Shown here one piece after another: positions 10,001 to 21,183 of a stretch of 64,000 bases of DNA. The stretch is from NCBI GenBank assembly GCA_963783375.1, contig CAWANH010000029.1:576001-640000 (forward strand), read 5' to 3'. Source of the DNA: Candidatus Eiseniibacteriota bacterium (GTDB lineage Bacteria; Eisenbacteria; RBG-16-71-46; JABDJR01). The notes beneath the pieces are model-generated. The model was not told the DNA's origin. It searched no databases and saw only the letters and a list, made by a program, of their open reading frames with translations. Position 1 is the first letter of the stretch. Every line of letters begins with the position of its first letter. Position numbers and translations under genes: made by a program.

Positions 10001-10998
10001 CAGCGCCCCCCGGACTGCCTCGCCACCGCCTCCTCGACCGCCACCATCGCCCGGAGCGTGGCCAGGGCCCGCTCCCCGGTCACTCCCTCGTTGGCCTCCC
10101 CGAAGACGGCGCGACGGAAGGCGTCGTGCTCGGCGCTCAGGGGATCCTCCCCTTCCGGCCCCTCCACCCGGTGATCGAGGACCTTGAGCATGTCCAGGGC
10201 GCCCCCCGAGCGGAGCACCTCACGGAGGAGTTCGTCCCGCTCCTCGCGCAGGCGGTAAACGTGGGTGGTGCGGGCGGCGCAATCGGCGGAGACATAGGTT
10301 CCGGGGAGGAACATGCGGAACTTGCGGACCCGTTCCAGGGAGACCCGGCTCGCGGTGAGGTTGGCGGTGGCCCCGCCCGGGAAGCGGAGCCGGGCGTTGG
10401 CGATGTCCACCCGGTCGGTGAGCACCGCCACCCCCGAGGCGTCCACCGACTCCGGCTCCTCCCCCACGAAGGCGATGGCCAGGTCCAGATCGTGAACCAT
10501 CAGGTCCTGGATCACGTCGAGATCGAGGTTCCGGGGAACCAGGGAGGCCAGACGATGACTCTCCACGAACAGTGGAGCCGGGATCCTTCCCAGGAGGCCG
10601 CGAATGGCCGGGTTGAATCGCTCCACGTGCCCCACGTGAAGAACGAGGTTCGCTTCCCGGGCCCGGGCCACCAGGAATTCCGCGTCCTCCACCCGTCCGG
10701 TCAAGGGCTTCTCCACCAGGACCGGACGGCCGGCGGCCAGCGCCGATTCCACCGCGGCGCGATGGGAGGACGTGCTGGTGGCGACCACCACCGCGTCAGC
10801 CCGCTCCAACGCATCGTCCATCGAGGCCGCGGCGAGCGTTCCCAGCTCCCCGGCCACCCGCGCCGCGCGCCCGGGGTCGCGGTCGTATACCGCGGTCAGC
10901 TCGAACCCCGGGGCGCCGGCCAGCTTCTCGGCGTGGCGCGCGCCCAGATAGCCCACGCCGAGGACCGCGATTCGGAGCCGGCGGGGCGGGGAGGTCAC
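10000..10998 (-). CDS. Gfo/Idh/MocA oxidoreductase (GnnA-like)
   Basis: Motifs GVGYLGARH, VLVEKP, VGHVERFNPA, DLMVHDLD and DIANARLRF..G..ANLTASRVS; located between lpxA and lpxB. Confidence 0.88.
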   Translation of the reverse strand: MTSPPRRLRIAVLGVGYLGARHAEKLAGAPGFELTAVYDRDPGRAARVAGELGTLAAASMDDALERADAVVVATSTSSHRAAVESALAAGRPVLVEKPLTGRVEDAEFLVARAREANLVLHVGHVERFNPAIRGLLGRIPAPLFVESHRLASLVPRNLDLDVIQDLMVHDLDLAIAFVGEEPESVDASGVAVLTDRVDIANARLRFPGGATANLTASRVSLERVRKFRMFLPGTYVSADCAARTTHVYRLREERDELLREVLRSGGALDMLKVLDHRVEGPEGEDPLSAEHDAFRRAVFGEANEGVTGERALATLRAMVAVEEAVARQSGGR

Positions 10999-11768
10999 CG
11001 GGTAACGCCCCGTTCGGAGGTCAGCATGAACTCGGTGAAGCGTTCCACCTCGGGGGTCGGAGGCACCTCCGCGCGGACCCGTTCGGCCGCCTCGCGCACC
11101 GTCAGCTTGCTCCGGAAAAAGAGTCGATAGGCCAGCTTCAACGCAGCCACCGTCTCCGGGGAGAACCCGCGGCGCAGGAGACCCACCGCGTTCAGGCCGA
11201 AGGCCTCGGCGGGGTTCCCCGCCACCTTGGTATAGGGAGCGACATCCTGGGGGATCCGGGAACCGCCCCCGATGAAGGAATGGGCCCCCACCCGCACGAA
11301 CTGGTGGACCGGGGTCACTCCGCCGATGATCGCGTGCTCGTCCACCCGGACGTGCCCGGCCAGGTTCACCGAGTTGGCGAGAATGACGTGGTCCCCGAGG
11401 ATGCAGTTGTGGGCGACGTGGGAGTAGGCCATGAGCAGACAGTCGGTTCCCACCACGGTGGCCTGGCCCTCGGCGGTGGCCGGGTTCAGGGTGGCGAATT
11501 CGCGGACCACGGTGCGATCGCCGATCCGAAGCCAGGTCTTCTCCCCCCGGAACTTGAGATCCTGGGGAGGCGTCCCCACCACGGCGTGGGGGAAAACCCG
11601 GCAATCGCGTCCGATCTCGGTATGGCCGTCCAGGTAGGCGTGGGCGCCCACCGTGGTCCCCCCCCCGATGCGCACGTTGGGCCCGATGATCGCGTAGGGC
11701 CCTACCTCCACATCGGCCGCCAGTTCCGCCTTGCGGTCCACCACCGCGGTGGCGGCGATCTCAGCCAT
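10995..11768 (-). CDS. lpxA: UDP-N-acetylglucosamine acyltransferase
   Basis: Hexapeptide repeats plus PQDLKF, MAYSHVAHNC, LAGHV and VHQFVRVG. Confidence 0.97.
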   Translation of the reverse strand: MAEIAATAVVDRKAELAADVEVGPYAIIGPNVRIGGGTTVGAHAYLDGHTEIGRDCRVFPHAVVGTPPQDLKFRGEKTWLRIGDRTVVREFATLNPATAEGQATVVGTDCLLMAYSHVAHNCILGDHVILANSVNLAGHVRVDEHAIIGGVTPVHQFVRVGAHSFIGGGSRIPQDVAPYTKVAGNPAEAFGLNAVGLLRRGFSPETVAALKLAYRLFFRSKLTVREAAERVRAEVPPTPEVERFTEFMLTSERGVTR

Positions 11769-11804
11769 GATCCCCCCCTTGACCCGGATGGTCCATACCC
11801 CGGG

Positions 11805-13127
11805 TCAGCGATCCACGACGCTGGAGAGAAGCTCCGCTTCGGCGACGAGACTCCCATCCACGAACGCCTTACCCACCATCTTGCAGATCCTGCCCTTGAG
11901 CTTCAGCATCTCGAGTTCGAACCGCACCTGGTCCCCCGGCCGCACCGGGCGGCGGAACTTGGCCCCGTCGATGCCCATGAAATAGACGAGCTTGTCCTTG
12001 GGCCGTTCCACCTTGTTGAGGAGAAGGATTCCCCCGGTCTGGGCCATCGCCTCGATGATCAGCACCGCGGGCATGATGGGATGACCGGGAAAGTGCCCGC
12101 TGAAATAGGGTTCGTTGAGCGTGACGTTCTTGATCCCCACCACCCGCTCGTCGGTCAGCTCCAGAATACGGTCCACCAGGAGGAACGGATAGCGGTGGGG
12201 CATGATCTGGGTGATCGCCTCGATGTCCCAGAAGTGGTTCTTGCCGTCCGGACGGGGCGGGAGGTCGAACCCGGTGGCCCGACGCTCCGCCGCGGCCAGC
12301 GACTTCACGAACTCCACGTGGCTCTCGTGGCCCGATCTCCAGGCCATGACGTGCCCCCGCACCGGGAGGCCCAGCAGGCTCAGGTCGCCGAGCAGGTCCA
12401 GCACCTTGTGCCGGACGAACTCGTCCGGAAAACGCAATCCGTCCCGGTTGGCCACCCGGTCCTCCTCGACCACCACCGCGTTCTCCAGGGTGCCTCCGAG
12501 GATCATTCCCGCGGTCAGGAGCGAATCCACGTCGCGGCGCAGGACGAAGGTGCGGGCGGGAGCGATCTCCGTCTGGAAGACCTCCGGCACGACGTCGAAA
12601 GAGGCGTACTGGGTGCCGATGACCGGGTTGTCGTACTGGATGGTGAAGGAGACCCGGAGCCCGGGGTACGGGAGCCCAACCAGCTCCGCCCGCCCCTGGT
12701 TGAAGTGCACCGGGTGGGGAATCTCGAAGTACCGGCGTTCAACGTCCTGTTGTTCGATCCCCGCCTCGCGGAAGAGAGCCACGTAGGGGGCGGCGCTTCC
12801 GTCCCCCGGCTCCCCCGGCTCGCGGGCGCCGACCTCGATCCGCAGGTTGTCGATCCCCACCCCGCGCACCGCGGCCAGGAGATGCTCCACGGTGTGCACT
12901 TCGGCGGCGCCGTCACGCAGGATGGTGCGCCGGCCCTGCTCGGAATCGTAGACCGCGTTCTCCGGCGCAACCCTGACTTCGGGACGGCCGGGAAGGTCGG
13001 TCCGGATGAAGGTGATGCCGCTCCCGGGAGGAGCGGGCTTGAAGGTCACCCGGCAGTTCTCGCCGGTGTGGAGGCCGACCCCTTCGTAGGAGATCTCGCC
13101 GGCCAGCGTGGCCTGAAGATCCTTCAC
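11805..13127 (-). CDS. lpxC: Bifunctional LpxC deacetylase / FabZ dehydratase
   Basis: N-terminal [23 protein letters not shown] and [11 protein letters not shown]; C-terminal FabZ motifs [21 protein letters not shown] and EAMAQ. Confidence 0.97.
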   Translation of the reverse strand: MKDLQATLAGEISYEGVGLHTGENCRVTFKPAPPGSGITFIRTDLPGRPEVRVAPENAVYDSEQGRRTILRDGAAEVHTVEHLLAAVRGVGIDNLRIEVGAREPGEPGDGSAAPYVALFREAGIEQQDVERRYFEIPHPVHFNQGRAELVGLPYPGLRVSFTIQYDNPVIGTQYASFDVVPEVFQTEIAPARTFVLRRDVDSLLTAGMILGGTLENAVVVEEDRVANRDGLRFPDEFVRHKVLDLLGDLSLLGLPVRGHVMAWRSGHESHVEFVKSLAAAERRATGFDLPPRPDGKNHFWDIEAITQIMPHRYPFLLVDRILELTDERVVGIKNVTLNEPYFSGHFPGHPIMPAVLIIEAMAQTGGILLLNKVERPKDKLVYFMGIDGAKFRRPVRPGDQVRFELEMLKLKGRICKMVGKAFVDGSLVAEAELLSSVVDR

Positions 13128-14215
13128 AGAACCTTCTCCCGGCGCTCCGGCCGTGGGTCCGCGGTCTGGCCCCGGTGGTGGCCGTTCCTCTCCTCCTCCA
13201 TCTCTCGGATCCGCTTCTCCATGTCCTTCAGCTGCTCGAAAAGCGCGGGGAGCTTGCGGGTGTAGGCGTTCAATCGACGCGCCCGGTCGTGCTCCATGGC
13301 CGGATATCCCGATACCCGGGCGTCGGCGGCGACGGACTTGGTCACCCCGGCCTGGGCCCCCACCATGGCCCGGTCCCCGATCGTGATATGCCCCGCCAAT
13401 CCCGCCTGCCCGGCCACGGTCACGTCCTTGCCCACCTGGGTGGACCCGGAAATCCCCACCTGCGCCACCAGGAGGGTGTTCTCGCCGATCACCACGTTGT
13501 GGGCGACATGAACCAGGTTGTCGATCTTGACCCCGCTACCGATCCGGGTCGCCCCCATGGTGGCGCGGTCCACCGCCACGTTGGCCCCGATCTCCACGTC
13601 GTCGCCGATCACCACCGAGCCCAGCTGGGGGATCTTCTCGTGGTGGTCGTTGTGGCGCACGTAGCCGAATCCGTCCGAGCCGAGCACGGTTCCACAGTGA
13701 ACGGTGACCCGCTTTCCCAGGATCACGTCTTCCCGCACGGTGACGTTGGGGTACAGGTAGGAGCCGTCGCCGAGGACCGAATCGCGACCCACGAACACTC
13801 CCGGGGCGAGAACCACCCCTTCCCCAAGCACCGCCCCCGCCTCGACCACGCACAGCGCCCCCACCGAGACCCCCGGCCCCAGCCGGGCGGTCGGATCCAC
13901 CACCGCGGTGGGATGCACGCCGGCCGGCCGTTCGCGAGAGCCCTCGCTGAACATGCGGAGCACCTGGATGAAGCCCACGTAGGGATCGTCGGCGCGGATC
14001 AGGGCGGCCGCGGAACCGCCGCCGTAATCCCGGGGGACGATGACCGCCGACGCCCGGGTTCCCGGGACCTCGGCCGCATACTTGGGGTTGGCGAGGAAGG
14101 TGATCTGGCCGGGACCGGCGTCGGTGATCCCCGAGACCCCGTTCACCGGGATCTCCGGGTTCCCCTCCAAATCCGCGCCCAGGCGCCGGGCGATGTCTCC
14201 CAAGCTGAACTGCAT
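13124..14215 (-). CDS. lpxD: UDP-3-O-acylglucosamine N-acyltransferase
   Basis: Motifs [30 protein letters not shown] and [12 protein letters not shown]. Confidence 0.97.
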   Translation of the reverse strand: MQFSLGDIARRLGADLEGNPEIPVNGVSGITDAGPGQITFLANPKYAAEVPGTRASAVIVPRDYGGGSAAALIRADDPYVGFIQVLRMFSEGSRERPAGVHPTAVVDPTARLGPGVSVGALCVVEAGAVLGEGVVLAPGVFVGRDSVLGDGSYLYPNVTVREDVILGKRVTVHCGTVLGSDGFGYVRHNDHHEKIPQLGSVVIGDDVEIGANVAVDRATMGATRIGSGVKIDNLVHVAHNVVIGENTLLVAQVGISGSTQVGKDVTVAGQAGLAGHITIGDRAMVGAQAGVTKSVAADARVSGYPAMEHDRARRLNAYTRKLPALFEQLKDMEKRIREMEEERNGHHRGQTADPRPERREKVL

Positions 14216-14289
14216 GTTCCGTCCTCGATCCCGGAAGAGGCCGATCTCCGGACCTCAGCGGGCTCCCGGTTCGCCGACCGCCGGGCGGG

Positions 14290-14880
14290 CTACCTGTTTT
14301 GCCCCTGCGGCGGCTGCGCCGGGGGTGTTTGCTGCTGGGGTGTCCCCTGATCCTCGTTCAGAACCGCCACCACCCGGTCGGTGAGATCGAAGGCGTCGTT
14401 GGCGTACACGATGTTGCCGTCGGTGGCGTCAAAGATGATCGAATAGCCTTCGCTCTGTCCGATGTTGGTCAGCACCTCGCGGATCTTGTCCACGATGGGC
14501 TGGGTGAGCTCCTGGTTTCGCTTGGCCACCTTTCCGGTGGGCCCCCAGATCTCCTGGGTGAACTGGTCGAGTTCGCTCCGCTTCTTCTGGATTTCTTCTT
14601 CCCGCTCCCGTCGCTTGGGCTCGCTCAGGATCAAGCTCTGGCTCTCATAGTCCTTCTGGAGCTGATCCAGCTCCTGCTTCTTCGTCTCCAGCTCCTTGTT
14701 CCACTGCTCGACCTGCTGATTGAACTGGGACTGGGCGTCCTTGGTCCCGTGAAACTCGGCGAAGATACGCTCGGAATCGATGAAGCCCAGCTTCAGGTCC
14801 GCCGCCCGCGCCGGAACGGCGGGAAATCCTAGCAAAAAGACAGCCAGAAAGATAGTTCCCTGGATCATGCGTCGCAACAC
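14290..14880 (-). CDS. skp: OmpH/Skp outer membrane chaperone
   Basis: Signal peptide, KLGFIDSERIF, coiled-coil middle and YSIIFD...DLTDRV; GAGGAGG RBS before GTG 14880 (alternative ATG 14868); lies between bamA and lpxD. Confidence 0.9.
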   Translation of the reverse strand: MLRRMIQGTIFLAVFLLGFPAVPARAADLKLGFIDSERIFAEFHGTKDAQSQFNQQVEQWNKELETKKQELDQLQKDYESQSLILSEPKRREREEEIQKKRSELDQFTQEIWGPTGKVAKRNQELTQPIVDKIREVLTNIGQSEGYSIIFDATDGNIVYANDAFDLTDRVVAVLNEDQGTPQQQTPPAQPPQGQNR

Positions 14881-14974
14881 GACTGGTCCTCCTCTGCGGG
14901 CGGGACTCGCCCTGCCCTCGCCGAATTTCCGATTTGGGTCGAGTCGGCGGATCCCCCTGGCCGGCAAATCCGGT

Positions 14975-17572
14975 TCAGAAGATCCGACCGAACTGAATGT
15001 GAGGCTGCCATCCCTTGCGGTCGTACCGCCCCGTGGATCGATTCAGCCGGTCGAAACCATAACCGTAGTCGAAGCCGATCAGGCCCAGGAGCGGCACCTC
15101 CATGCGGAGCCCGAGTCCCACGCTCTTGTGGATGTCGTCCCACCGGAAATCCTCCACCCGATTCCAGGTCCCGCCCCAATCGGTGAAGAGCAGGGCGTGG
15201 AGGGGATCGGCGATGGGAAACTGCCACTCGAGGGTGAAGGCGGCCATGTACCGTCCGCCCGGATAGTAGACCGGACTCGACGACACGGAGTAGCTGGTGT
15301 CCTGAGCCGTGGTCACGCTATCGACCTGAACGCTCCGGATGTAGCGGCTGACCAGGAACCGACGGCCGACGTTGTCCGAGGGTACGACCTCGAAATCATC
15401 GTAACCACGGAGGGCGTCAAAGGTGGTTCCTCCCAGGCGGAAGAGCTCGTTGGATTCCGGGGGGTAGCGCTTGTAGTGCCGCGGCACCGGGACCGCCACC
15501 GAGGTCCCCAGGCCCAGGCTCACCGAGTCCAGCACCGCGCCCTCGGGGATACCGGTCTCATAGGACCAGGCGTCGGGAAGGAACGGGTCGTTCCGGAAGG
15601 CGTCCCCCACCATTCCCAGCCGGACCCGGGGCATCAGGACCGCGTGCCACTTCCCCGCCTCGATCGTCTTCATGTAGTGGGCCAGGTCGAGCTCGTACTT
15701 CTGGTAGACCTGATCGCCCCCCAGCGGTCCACCCGCCATTTCCACCCGGAGCTTCTCGTTGGAGCCCACGGTGGGATAGAGGGGATCGTTGGTCGAGTTG
15801 CGGACCAGGCTGAGCGCCAGGTTCGAGGTCAGCGCGGTCTCCTGATCGAGCCGGAAGCCGGTGACGAAGAGGGAACTCGAAACACCGGTTCCGGTGCTGT
15901 CGCTGGAGGTGGAGATGCTCGTCTCGTCCACCACCGACTGGTTCTGGAGGCCGTAGGTGGCGAAGAGCTTCACGTATGGGATGGGAAGGGGACGGCCCAC
16001 CCGGATGGCCCCCCCCACCTGGCGGATCTCCAGGTTCAGATCGGGCCCCTGGTAGATCCGGTTGGTGCTGAACAGATCGATCCCGGTGGAGGTCGGCGTC
16101 CCCAGGAACCAGGGTTCGGTGAACGAGAGCTCGGCGTTGTTGCGCTGGCTGCCCCGTTCCATGCGGAGGTTCAGGCTCTGGCCGTTCCCGAACAGGTTGG
16201 TGTGGCCCAGCTCCATGAAACCGGTGAGCCCCACCGAGCTGGAGAAGCCGAAACCCGCCGACGCGGTGCCGACCTGTTTCTCCTCCACGTTCAGGGTGAG
16301 ATCGATGTCGTTGGACCCGGGCACCGGCTTGGAGTTCACCTCCACATTGCTGAAGTACCCGAGCTGCTGGAGCATCCGATTGCTGCGGACCAGGAGATTC
16401 CGTCGGAAGAGATCCCCCGGCCGGATGGCCAGCTCCCGCCGGATGACCTTCTCCTTGGTTCGGGTGTTTCCGCTGATGAGGATGTCGTGGACGTGGGAGG
16501 GTTTTCCCTCCGTCACCTGGAAGGTGACATCCACGGTGGAGTCCGCGGTCACGTAGTCCGGCTGGATGTTCAGATAGATGTAACCCCGGTCCGCGTAGGC
16601 CCCGATGGCCTCCTCCACCGTCCTGTCCACTTTCTCCTGGTTGAAGACCGCTCCCGGCTCCAGCTGGGTGAGCCCGTAGAGGGCCGGAGTCGGCACCGCC
16701 TGGTTCCCGGCCCACTTCACCCCACCCACGTAGTAACGCTGACCCTCCTCCACCTGGACCTCGACCACCACCCGGTCGTCTTTGGAGCCGGGGACGACGT
16801 CGTACTTGAGGACCTTGCCGTCCCTGAACCCCTGTTTGCCCATCTCCTCTTCGATGCGCTTCATGTCCTCGACCAGCACGTCGGGCTTCAGGACCCCGCC
16901 CTTCAGGAATCCGGTGGTCCCCTGTTTCATCGCTCCCTTGAGGTCGCCGGCGTCGAGCTGGTGGGCCCCGTCGAAGCGGATCTTCTCCACCCGCACCTTG
17001 GGGCCCTCGTCGATCTCCACCAGGAGGATGCGCCGGGACTCGGAGTCCCCGGCCAGGAACCGGGGGGTGATCTTGGCCCGGGTGTATCCCTTCTGCCGGT
17101 AGGCGTCGTGGATCCTCCGCTGGACCAGGGAGAGAAGCCGGTCATCGGCCATTCGTCCGGTCAGCTCGCCGGTGGCGGTGATGAGATCCTTCTTCTTGAT
17201 CTTCTTGTTGCCGGTGAATTCCACCGACCCCACCCGGGGATTCTCGGTGACGTGGACGGTGAGGGCGACGCCCCGCTCGCCCACCTCCCCGGTCACCTGG
17301 ATGTCGTTGAAGAAACCGAGGTCGTAGAGGTGGCGGATGCCCCGGCGCACCGCGTCCGCCGAGTACCGGGCTCCGGCGGGAAGGGCGAAGGCCCTAAGGA
17401 CCAGATCGGTGTCCACGGTCTCGTTGCCGACCACGCGCACCGAGGCCACGGTGTCGGGCGGCGCAGACGGCACCTGGGCCCGGGCTTTCCCGGGCCCAGA
17501 ACCAAGCAGGAAGAGAATCAGAAGGAGGAGAAACTCAGTCGGACGGCTCCCCCCCGGAAGCCGTCTATGCAC
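14975..17572 (-). CDS. bamA: Outer membrane protein assembly factor BamA
   Basis: POTRA repeats (GNTRTKEKVIRRE, LGYFSNV), NLFGNGQ, FTEPWFLG, LRGY and a C-terminal Phe. Confidence 0.95.
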   Translation of the reverse strand: MHRRLPGGSRPTEFLLLLILFLLGSGPGKARAQVPSAPPDTVASVRVVGNETVDTDLVLRAFALPAGARYSADAVRRGIRHLYDLGFFNDIQVTGEVGERGVALTVHVTENPRVGSVEFTGNKKIKKKDLITATGELTGRMADDRLLSLVQRRIHDAYRQKGYTRAKITPRFLAGDSESRRILLVEIDEGPKVRVEKIRFDGAHQLDAGDLKGAMKQGTTGFLKGGVLKPDVLVEDMKRIEEEMGKQGFRDGKVLKYDVVPGSKDDRVVVEVQVEEGQRYYVGGVKWAGNQAVPTPALYGLTQLEPGAVFNQEKVDRTVEEAIGAYADRGYIYLNIQPDYVTADSTVDVTFQVTEGKPSHVHDILISGNTRTKEKVIRRELAIRPGDLFRRNLLVRSNRMLQQLGYFSNVEVNSKPVPGSNDIDLTLNVEEKQVGTASAGFGFSSSVGLTGFMELGHTNLFGNGQSLNLRMERGSQRNNAELSFTEPWFLGTPTSTGIDLFSTNRIYQGPDLNLEIRQVGGAIRVGRPLPIPYVKLFATYGLQNQSVVDETSISTSSDSTGTGVSSSLFVTGFRLDQETALTSNLALSLVRNSTNDPLYPTVGSNEKLRVEMAGGPLGGDQVYQKYELDLAHYMKTIEAGKWHAVLMPRVRLGMVGDAFRNDPFLPDAWSYETGIPEGAVLDSVSLGLGTSVAVPVPRHYKRYPPESNELFRLGGTTFDALRGYDDFEVVPSDNVGRRFLVSRYIRSVQVDSVTTAQDTSYSVSSSPVYYPGGRYMAAFTLEWQFPIADPLHALLFTDWGGTWNRVEDFRWDDIHKSVGLGLRMEVPLLGLIGFDYGYGFDRLNRSTGRYDRKGWQPHIQFGRIF

Positions 17573-20027
17573 CCTGCTCCACCCTCTCGCTGTTCTCCGC
17601 GGACTCGCGTTCCCGCTCCTCGAAGGTGAGTTCGTCTCCCCGGCGACCGATCCGGATCACGCCGCCCGGGACGAATTTTCCCGCCAGCACCAGCTCGGCC
17701 AGGGGGTCCTCGATGAGTCGTTGGATGGCCCGGCGGAGCGGCCGCGCCCCCATCTTCGGATCGAAGCCCTTCTCCACCAGGAGGGAGACCGCCGGGGGAG
17801 TGAGGCTCAGGTCCAGGCGGTGCTCGGCCAGGCGGAGCTTGACCTCATCGAGGAGGATCCGCACGATCTGCTCGATCTCCTTTCGGCCCAGGGCCCGGAA
17901 GACGATCACCTCGTCGATGCGGTTCAGGAACTCGGGGTTGAACGCCCGCTTGACCTCGTCCATCACCGTGGAACGCATGCGGTCGTGGGCCTCCTGGGCG
18001 TCGTCGCGGGCGAAACCCACCGAGCTGCGCCCGCCGATCAGCTGGGCTCCGAGGTTCGAGGTCATGATCAGCACGGTGTTCTTGAAGTTCACCTTCCGGC
18101 GCATGCTGTCGGTGAGCTGCCCGTCCTCCAGCACCTGGAGGAGGATGTTGAACACGTCGGGGTGGGCCTTCTCGATCTCGTCCAGGAGGACCACGCTGTA
18201 GGGCTTCCGGCGCACCTTCTCGGTCAGCTGCCCGCCCTCCTCGTACCCCACGTACCCGGGGGGCGCTCCCACCAGCCGGGACACCGAGAACTTCTCCATG
18301 TACTCCGACATGTCGATGCGGATCAGGGCGTCGGGGTCGTCGAAGAGGAACTGGGCCAGCACGCGGGCCAGTTCGGTCTTTCCCACCCCCGTGGGCCCGA
18401 GGAAGATGAACGTGCCGATGGGCCGGCGCGGGTCGCGAAGTCCGGCCCGGTTGCGGCGCACCGCCCGGGACACCGCCTTGACCGCCTCGTCCTGTCCGAC
18501 CACCTTCTCCCGGAGGACCTCCTCCATGCGGAGGAGCTTCTTGGACTCGCTCTCCTCCAGGTTGGACACCGGGATGCCGGTCATCTTGCTGATGACGGTG
18601 GCTATCTCCTCCGCGTCCACCATGGTGGTGTTGACCGAGCGGCTCTCGTTCCATTCCCGCTTCAGCTTGGCCAGCTGCTTGCGGAGGTCCTTCTCCCGAT
18701 CACGAAAGCTGGCCGCCTTCTCGAACTCCTGGTTCTGGATGGCCGCTTCCTTCTCCTTGGAGAGCTCGCCGATCTTGGCCTCCATGTCCCGGAGCTCCTG
18801 GGGAACCACCGAAAGGGACAGCCGGGACCGGGACCCCGCTTCGTCCAGGACGTCGATGGCCTTGTCCGGGAGGAACCGGTCCGAGATGTAGCGGTCGGAG
18901 AGGTAGACCGTGGCCCGGACCGCCTCGTCGGTGAACTTCACCCCGTGATGGGCCTCGTACTTGTCGCGGAGGCCCATGATGATGTGCACGGTCTCTTCCG
19001 CGGTGGGCGGATCGACCATGATGGGTTGGAAGCGGCGCTCCAGGGCCCCGTCCTTCTCGATGTACTTCCGGTACTCATCGAGAGTGGTGGCGCCGATGCA
19101 CTGGATCTCGCCCCGGGCCAGGGCGGGCTTCAACATGTTGCTGGCGTCGATGGCGCCCTCCGCGCCCCCCGCGCCCACGATGGTGTGAAGCTCGTCGATG
19201 AAGATGATGGCGTCCCGCGACTCGCGGATCTCGTTCATGATCGCCTTCAGGCGTTCCTCGAACTGGCCGCGATACTTGGTCCCCGCCACCACCGCGGCCA
19301 GGTCCAGGGTCACGATGCGCTTCTCGGCCAGAAGCTCGGGGATCTTCCCCTCCACGATCCGTTGGGCCAGGCCCTCGGCGATGGCGGTCTTGCCCACCCC
19401 CGGCTCGCCGATCAGGACCGGGTTGTTCTTCTTCCGCCGGCAGAGCACCTGCACCACCCGCTCGATCTCGTTCTCGCGCCCGATGATCGGATCCAGCTTC
19501 ATCTCCCGGGCCAGCTGGGTGAGGTCCCGCCCGAACTGGTTCAGGGCCGGAGTCTCGGACTTCTCCTCTTCCTGGGCTTTCCCGCTGGGCGGACCGCCCA
19601 GGAGCCTCAGGGTCTCGTCCCGCACCTTCTTCCGGTCCACCCCCAGCTCCTGGAGCACCCGCGCCGCGACTCCCTCGCCCTCGCGGATGAGGCCGAGAAG
19701 CAGATGCTCGGTGCCCACGTAGTTGTGGCCGAGCTGGCGGGCTTCCTCGATGGCCAGCTCCAGCACCCGCTTGGCCTTGGGGGTGAAAGGAATCTCGCCC
19801 AGGGTCAGGGTGCTGCCGGGAGCGGCCACCATGCTCTCCACCGTCTGGCGGATCACCTCGAGGTCCAGCCCCAGATTGGTCAGCACGTTGGCGGCGATCC
19901 CCTCGCCTTCCCGGATGAGCCCCAACAGCAGGTGCTCGGTCCCGATGTAGTCGTGCTGAAGGCGTCCGGCCTCCTCGCGGGCCAGGTACATGACCTTGCG
20001 GACGCGTTCGGTAAACTTGTCCTGCAT
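17565..20027 (-). CDS. clpC: ATP-dependent Clp protease ATP-binding subunit ClpC
   Basis: Twin Clp-N repeats ([17 protein letters not shown]), two AAA+ modules ([16 protein letters not shown]) and a UVR middle domain. Confidence 0.97.
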   Translation of the reverse strand: MQDKFTERVRKVMYLAREEAGRLQHDYIGTEHLLLGLIREGEGIAANVLTNLGLDLEVIRQTVESMVAAPGSTLTLGEIPFTPKAKRVLELAIEEARQLGHNYVGTEHLLLGLIREGEGVAARVLQELGVDRKKVRDETLRLLGGPPSGKAQEEEKSETPALNQFGRDLTQLAREMKLDPIIGRENEIERVVQVLCRRKKNNPVLIGEPGVGKTAIAEGLAQRIVEGKIPELLAEKRIVTLDLAAVVAGTKYRGQFEERLKAIMNEIRESRDAIIFIDELHTIVGAGGAEGAIDASNMLKPALARGEIQCIGATTLDEYRKYIEKDGALERRFQPIMVDPPTAEETVHIIMGLRDKYEAHHGVKFTDEAVRATVYLSDRYISDRFLPDKAIDVLDEAGSRSRLSLSVVPQELRDMEAKIGELSKEKEAAIQNQEFEKAASFRDREKDLRKQLAKLKREWNESRSVNTTMVDAEEIATVISKMTGIPVSNLEESESKKLLRMEEVLREKVVGQDEAVKAVSRAVRRNRAGLRDPRRPIGTFIFLGPTGVGKTELARVLAQFLFDDPDALIRIDMSEYMEKFSVSRLVGAPPGYVGYEEGGQLTEKVRRKPYSVVLLDEIEKAHPDVFNILLQVLEDGQLTDSMRRKVNFKNTVLIMTSNLGAQLIGGRSSVGFARDDAQEAHDRMRSTVMDEVKRAFNPEFLNRIDEVIVFRALGRKEIEQIVRILLDEVKLRLAEHRLDLSLTPPAVSLLVEKGFDPKMGARPLRRAIQRLIEDPLAELVLAGKFVPGGVIRIGRRGDELTFEERERESAENSERVEQGA

Positions 20028-20040
20028 GAGAATCGGCCTC

Positions 20041-21183
20041 CTACTCCTCCCCCCGCGGGGGGTCTTCGGACGGGATACCCCCCATCGGGGAGGAGGGTTC
20101 CGTTTCCGTCCCGGAAAGTCGTTTTCGGATGTAGTCGGCGCGCAGACGACGCCGCTCCTCCTGCTCCAGCTCCCGCCCGGCCCGCCGCGAGACGTGACCG
20201 GGCTGGGAGAAAACCAGAATCTCGTTCAGGACCGGAAGGGGGCAGAGCCCCTCCCGCTCCAGGGCGATGCCGAATCGCACCGCCGAAGCCAGGCTCAGCA
20301 CCTCCACCGAGGAGATGCTCCGGGCGCTCACCAGCGTTCCGTAGGCCCGATAAATCTTGTCTTCGAGCTGAAGACGGGCGCTCCGCCAGATGACCTCGCG
20401 CGCCTCTTCCTCGTACTGGATGATCTGCCGCACCACCTGGTCGAGCCGGCTCACGATCTCGTGCTCGTCGGGCCCGAGGGTGGTCTGGTTGGAGATCTGG
20501 AAGAAGTTCCCCATGACCTCGGTGCCTTCCCCGTAGAACCCCCGCACCGCCATGTTCATGGCCGCCACCCCCTGGATCACCTTCTTGGCCCGGCGGGTGA
20601 GCACCAGGGCGGGCAGATGGGCCAGCACCGAGGCCCGCATGCCGGTCCCCACGTTGGTGGGGCAGGCGGTAAGATAACCCAGAGTGTCGTCGAACGCATA
20701 GTTGAGCCGTGCGTCGAAAATGTCGTCCACTTCGTTGAGCCGGTCCAGGGCCTCTCCCAGACGGAGCCCCGAGAGCATGCTCTGGAGCCGAAGGTGGTCC
20801 TCCTCGTTCACCATGACGGTGAGGGACTCCCCGTTCGCCACCAACACCCCCCGGCGGCGGTGGCCCCCGGCCAGATCGCGGCTCACCAGCCGCCGCTCCA
20901 CCAGGAGGCTCAGGTCCTCCGGGGCCAGGGCGTCGCAGGGTATGTACACCGCGTCGTCGAAACCGGGGATGTCGGTCATGGCCCCCCGCACCCGGCTCAC
21001 CACCGCGCCCTGCTGCGGCTCGGTGCTCAACCCGGGAAAGGGCACTTCCCCCAGGTTCCGGGCGAATCGAACCCGGGAGGACAGGATGACCGGCGCCGCC
21101 GGCCCCGGCTCCGACGCCCAGCGGGGGACGCGGGCCGCCAGCCGGGCGAAGACCGCCGCCGTCGCCTTACCGTTCCCCTTCAT
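20041..21183 (-). CDS. mcsB: Protein arginine kinase McsB
   Basis: Motifs SSRVRFARN, MVNEEDHLRLQ, GYLTACPTNVGTGMRAS, VRGFYGEG and FQISNQTTLG; ATGA overlap with mcsA. Confidence 0.95.
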   Translation of the reverse strand: MKGNGKATAAVFARLAARVPRWASEPGPAAPVILSSRVRFARNLGEVPFPGLSTEPQQGAVVSRVRGAMTDIPGFDDAVYIPCDALAPEDLSLLVERRLVSRDLAGGHRRRGVLVANGESLTVMVNEEDHLRLQSMLSGLRLGEALDRLNEVDDIFDARLNYAFDDTLGYLTACPTNVGTGMRASVLAHLPALVLTRRAKKVIQGVAAMNMAVRGFYGEGTEVMGNFFQISNQTTLGPDEHEIVSRLDQVVRQIIQYEEEAREVIWRSARLQLEDKIYRAYGTLVSARSISSVEVLSLASAVRFGIALEREGLCPLPVLNEILVFSQPGHVSRRAGRELEQEERRRLRADYIRKRLSGTETEPSSPMGGIPSEDPPRGEE

